A DNA stretch of 19,504 bases. Source: Candidatus Cloacimonadota bacterium (GTDB taxonomy: Bacteria; Cloacimonadota; Cloacimonadia; Cloacimonadales; WRIO01). Numbering within the stretch: the first letter of the stretch is position 1; each line of letters begins with the position of its first letter. Under the pieces are notes generated by a model, which was given only the letters and a program-made list of their open reading frames with translations, had not been told where the DNA came from and searched no databases. Positions 17,117 through 19,504 of the stretch are shown here, piece by piece. Both the position numbers and the translations under genes were made by a program. Where the stretch lies: the NCBI GenBank assembly GCA_029564175.1, contig JAKQQL010000013.1, forward strand, positions 1 through 19,504, given 5' to 3'.

Positions 17117-17687
17117 TTGTTTTACTCCTTAAATAATCTTCAAAATCTTTTTTTTGTTTTATGATTTCATCTGTTTTTTTTGTAATTATATCCAAAATAT
17201 GACCACAATCACTCATCTCTTTTTTTAATTCATGATAAGAATCAGCAAGATATTTTAAGTATTGAAAATCATTTTGATAATTGTCAGACACTATTTTCAA
17301 ATCCGGACTTTCTTTTATAAGTTTGTCCAGGGTATTTAGTATTTTAAGAAATTCTTCCATTTTTATGATATCATCAGAAATTGTATTTATATCTTTCTGT
17401 TTTAATTCTAATTGTTTCAACAACATTTCTTTTTTTTGAATCAGACCATTCATCTCACTAAGTTGTGTTTGAATATTATCCTGTATTCCGGTAGATTGTC
17501 TGAGCATAAAAAAGTTTAACATTGAGCTCAATTGATTTAACACACTATTCATTTGACCATTATCAGAAGCCGTTTGATTTGAGTATTTTTTAAAACAATA
17601 TAGAATTAGCTGATTTAGTATATTATCCTTTTCTAAAGGATTATGTTGTTCTAAATACTCATCAATTAATATTTTAAGATTATCCAT
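17106..17687 (-). CDS. Hypothetical all-helical / coiled-coil protein, 193 aa
   Basis: Open frame with a strong SD (GGGGAGGT, 17691-17698) that overlaps both neighbours. Heptad-like L/I/K/E/Q-rich sequence (QTQLSEMNGLIQKKEMLLKQLELKQKDI). Confidence 0.75.
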   Translation of the reverse strand: MDNLKILIDEYLEQHNPLEKDNILNQLILYCFKKYSNQTASDNGQMNSVLNQLSSMLNFFMLRQSTGIQDNIQTQLSEMNGLIQKKEMLLKQLELKQKDINTISDDIIKMEEFLKILNTLDKLIKESPDLKIVSDNYQNDFQYLKYLADSYHELKKEMSDCGHILDIITKKTDEIIKQKKDFEDYLRSKTNEV

Positions 17688-19503
17688 TTAACCTCCCCAG
17701 CGCGATATCAAAATATTCTTTCTGAAAGGATATTTCCCTTTGATTGGAAACTGCAGACATAACTGCAATATTTTTTAATTCATCAATCAGTTTTCTTAAT
17801 GTCCTTGCATTGGCAAAATATCTGATTTGTCTTAATTTTTCAAAAATTGAAAGGAGAAAATCATCGTCCTCAAAGTTTAAAGAGTAACAAGACTCCTTAT
17901 TCATTTGTTGTTTAAATATCGCTAAAAGTTCTGATGCATTATAATCGGGGAAATCAATAAACTCAGTAAACCGTCCTTTTAACCCAGGGTCATAATCCCA
18001 CAATCGTTGCATTTGTTGAGGATAACCTGCCAATATAATACAAATATCATTTCTATGATTTTCCATAAAAGGGACTAATGTATTAATTACATTTGTGCCG
18101 TATGAAAAACCTGATTGTTGGGGGACAAGCTGATGGGCTTCATCAATAAAAAGAACACCACCCAGAGATGAATTGAGTAATTTTTGAAAATGTTCTTCAG
18201 TCCCTCCAACTGCACTTTTTATCAATTCTGAAGCTGAGTAATTCTTTATTACAGCACGATTAATAATTTTTAATCTGCATAATTCATGAGCAATCATATT
18301 TGCCACCATCGTTTTCCCTGTTCCTGGATTTCCAGTAAAAACAAAATGACCAGGGCTTAAGTTATTTTCAATTTTCTTTCGTCTGAAATAAACCTTTAAA
18401 GTATCCTTGATGTCATCTAAACCAACTAAGTCATCTAATTGACCTTTAGTTCTGTCAACTTGCTTAAAAAAGTCCTGATTTTCAAAATGTTCTGTTTTAA
18501 GCTTATCAGATTGTAATGACAGACATTTCGTTATTGCGTTATTAACAATATTAGTAATGACTCCGGCATTACCAAAATGATTATTCTTAGCAAACTTTGA
18601 GTGATTCAACAATACATGATAACAATAATTGTGAGTATTCTCAAAGACAAACGAATCAACAGGCTGATTTAGTTTATCCAGATGATATCTCATTATTTCT
18701 GAAAGTTCCTCTTCATTGTAATCATTGATGTCCCACTGTTGAATCCTTCTGGCTCCGCCCTGATTATATGAGAGCATTTTGATGGTATCTTCTTTATAAC
18801 CAGCAAAAATAGTCATAAACTGTCCTTGGTATGCAGACATATGCCCAATCAACTGAGATAAGGCCTCAATACCGACTGTATCATTGTCTCCTGTTATTAG
18901 CGAATAAGCTTCATCAATAAACAAAACTCCACCTAATGCTTTTTCCACCAACTGTCTGGTTTTTATTCCTGTTTCACCCACATACTGAGAGACAAGATCA
19001 GCACGCGAAGATTCAATCAAATGACCCTTTTCTAATATGCCTTCTTCTTTTAAAATTCTAGCAATCAATCTGGCAATTGTTGTTTTGCCTGTACCTGAGT
19101 TACCAAGTAAAGCGATGTGAGGGATCAAAGGCAAAGATTCCTTTTCTATGGTTTTTACTCTGTTTGGCATGTTCTGATAATCATTCACATAAGTTCTATT
19201 TTTTTTTTGAATTCCCTGAACGAGAGTTTTCACTTTTTCTTTAATATCAGTAACGCCTATTAACTGATTGAGCTCATCCCAGGCAGATATACCATTATTC
19301 TTATAATAGTACTTTTGTTTTAAAGAGTCATAATATGATGTTTTCTCTTCATTAGCATTAATCAATAAATTTAGTTTTAATTCTTTGACTGAAAAAATCC
19401 CATTTAAATGATCAACTAACTTTTCAACATCGCGATAAGCAGGTTTAATTTTTAAACTTAACAAATTCAACATAATCACTCTTTTGATTTCATCAGAACT
19501 GCT
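17680..19503 (-). CDS. Tandem AAA+ ATPase of the SpoVK/CbbX/EccA-like family, probably 5'-truncated by the window edge
   Basis: AAA1: LIGV..IKE, HIALLGNSGTGKTTIAR, RADLVSQYVGET, GGVLFIDEAYSL, IFAGY. AAA2: LVGLDDIK, HFVFTGNPGTGKTMVA, GGVLFIDEAHQL, IILAGYP, DPGLKGRF..FPDY, FANARTLR. The frame stays open upstream of 19479 to the edge (SSSDEIKRV-IML) and there is no clear SD. Confidence 0.9.
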   Translation of the reverse strand, partial: SSSDEIKRVIMLNLLSLKIKPAYRDVEKLVDHLNGIFSVKELKLNLLINANEEKTSYYDSLKQKYYYKNNGISAWDELNQLIGVTDIKEKVKTLVQGIQKKNRTYVNDYQNMPNRVKTIEKESLPLIPHIALLGNSGTGKTTIARLIARILKEEGILEKGHLIESSRADLVSQYVGETGIKTRQLVEKALGGVLFIDEAYSLITGDNDTVGIEALSQLIGHMSAYQGQFMTIFAGYKEDTIKMLSYNQGGARRIQQWDINDYNEEELSEIMRYHLDKLNQPVDSFVFENTHNYCYHVLLNHSKFAKNNHFGNAGVITNIVNNAITKCLSLQSDKLKTEHFENQDFFKQVDRTKGQLDDLVGLDDIKDTLKVYFRRKKIENNLSPGHFVFTGNPGTGKTMVANMIAHELCRLKIINRAVIKNYSASELIKSAVGGTEEHFQKLLNSSLGGVLFIDEAHQLVPQQSGFSYGTNVINTLVPFMENHRNDICIILAGYPQQMQRLWDYDPGLKGRFTEFIDFPDYNASELLAIFKQQMNKESCYSLNFEDDDFLLSIFEKLRQIRYFANARTLRKLIDELKNIAVMSAVSNQREISFQKEYFDIALGRLNG

Positions 19504-19504
19504 T

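Noticed and set aside
18137..18921. Repeated 14-mer GCTTCATCAATAAA (18137-18150 and 18908-18921)
   Set aside because: It encodes the Walker B motif (FIDEA) of the two AAA modules. It reflects a protein-level duplication, not a CRISPR or mobile-element repeat.
10785..19503. Type VI secretion regulatory cluster (PpkA/PppA/Fha) or type VII secretion EccA locus
   Set aside because: No structural secretion genes (Hcp, VgrG, TssB/C, EccC/EssC FtsK ATPase, WXG100) are in the window, the kinase has no membrane anchor, and the genes run directly into cas genes. Upstream sequence cannot be excluded.
17680..19503. MoxR-vWA ternary conflict system assignment
   Set aside because: The ATPase has SpoVK/CbbX signatures (GNxGTGKT, GGVLFIDEAY, AGY, PGLxxRF), not MoxR ones (DEINR/DEIDK, NP.E..GT..LPEA..DRF).
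1..19504. CRISPR array, tRNA/rRNA or IS element
   Set aside because: No regularly spaced 25-45 nt direct repeats, RNA-gene signatures or transposase motifs were seen, and the window is almost completely protein-coding.

Overview
The window is almost entirely one tightly packed, minus-strand, AT-rich putative operon of 16 genes. Every junction is either an overlap or a gap of at most 25 nt, and most genes have a clear Shine-Dalgarno (SD) sequence. The distal half (141-7342) is a type III-D (III-Dv-like) CRISPR-Cas interference module: a compact HD-less Cas10 with an intact GGDD cyclase motif, Cas7 (Csm3-like), a Cas5(Csx10)-Cas11 fusion, a Cas7-Cas7 fusion, Csx19 and a large Cas7-with-insertion subunit. 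A Csx20-family ring nuclease gene precedes it. Directly upstream, with no intergenic break, is a nine-gene signalling cassette: a tandem SpoVK/CbbX-type AAA+ ATPase (5'-truncated by the window edge), a coiled-coil protein, a PP2C phosphatase, a vWA protein, an FHA protein, a Ser/Thr kinase with a pseudokinase and a possible degenerate NYN domain, a soluble TPR-histidine kinase, a receiver/pseudo-receiver protein with no DNA-binding output, and a PIN nuclease. No CRISPR array, cas1/cas2/cas6 or recognisable CARF/SAVED effector lies in the window. The main candidate novelty is a type III CRISPR system apparently co-transcribed with a dual Ser/Thr and His-Asp phosphorelay ending in a PIN RNase. 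Domain calls come from motif recognition by eye, not database searches.
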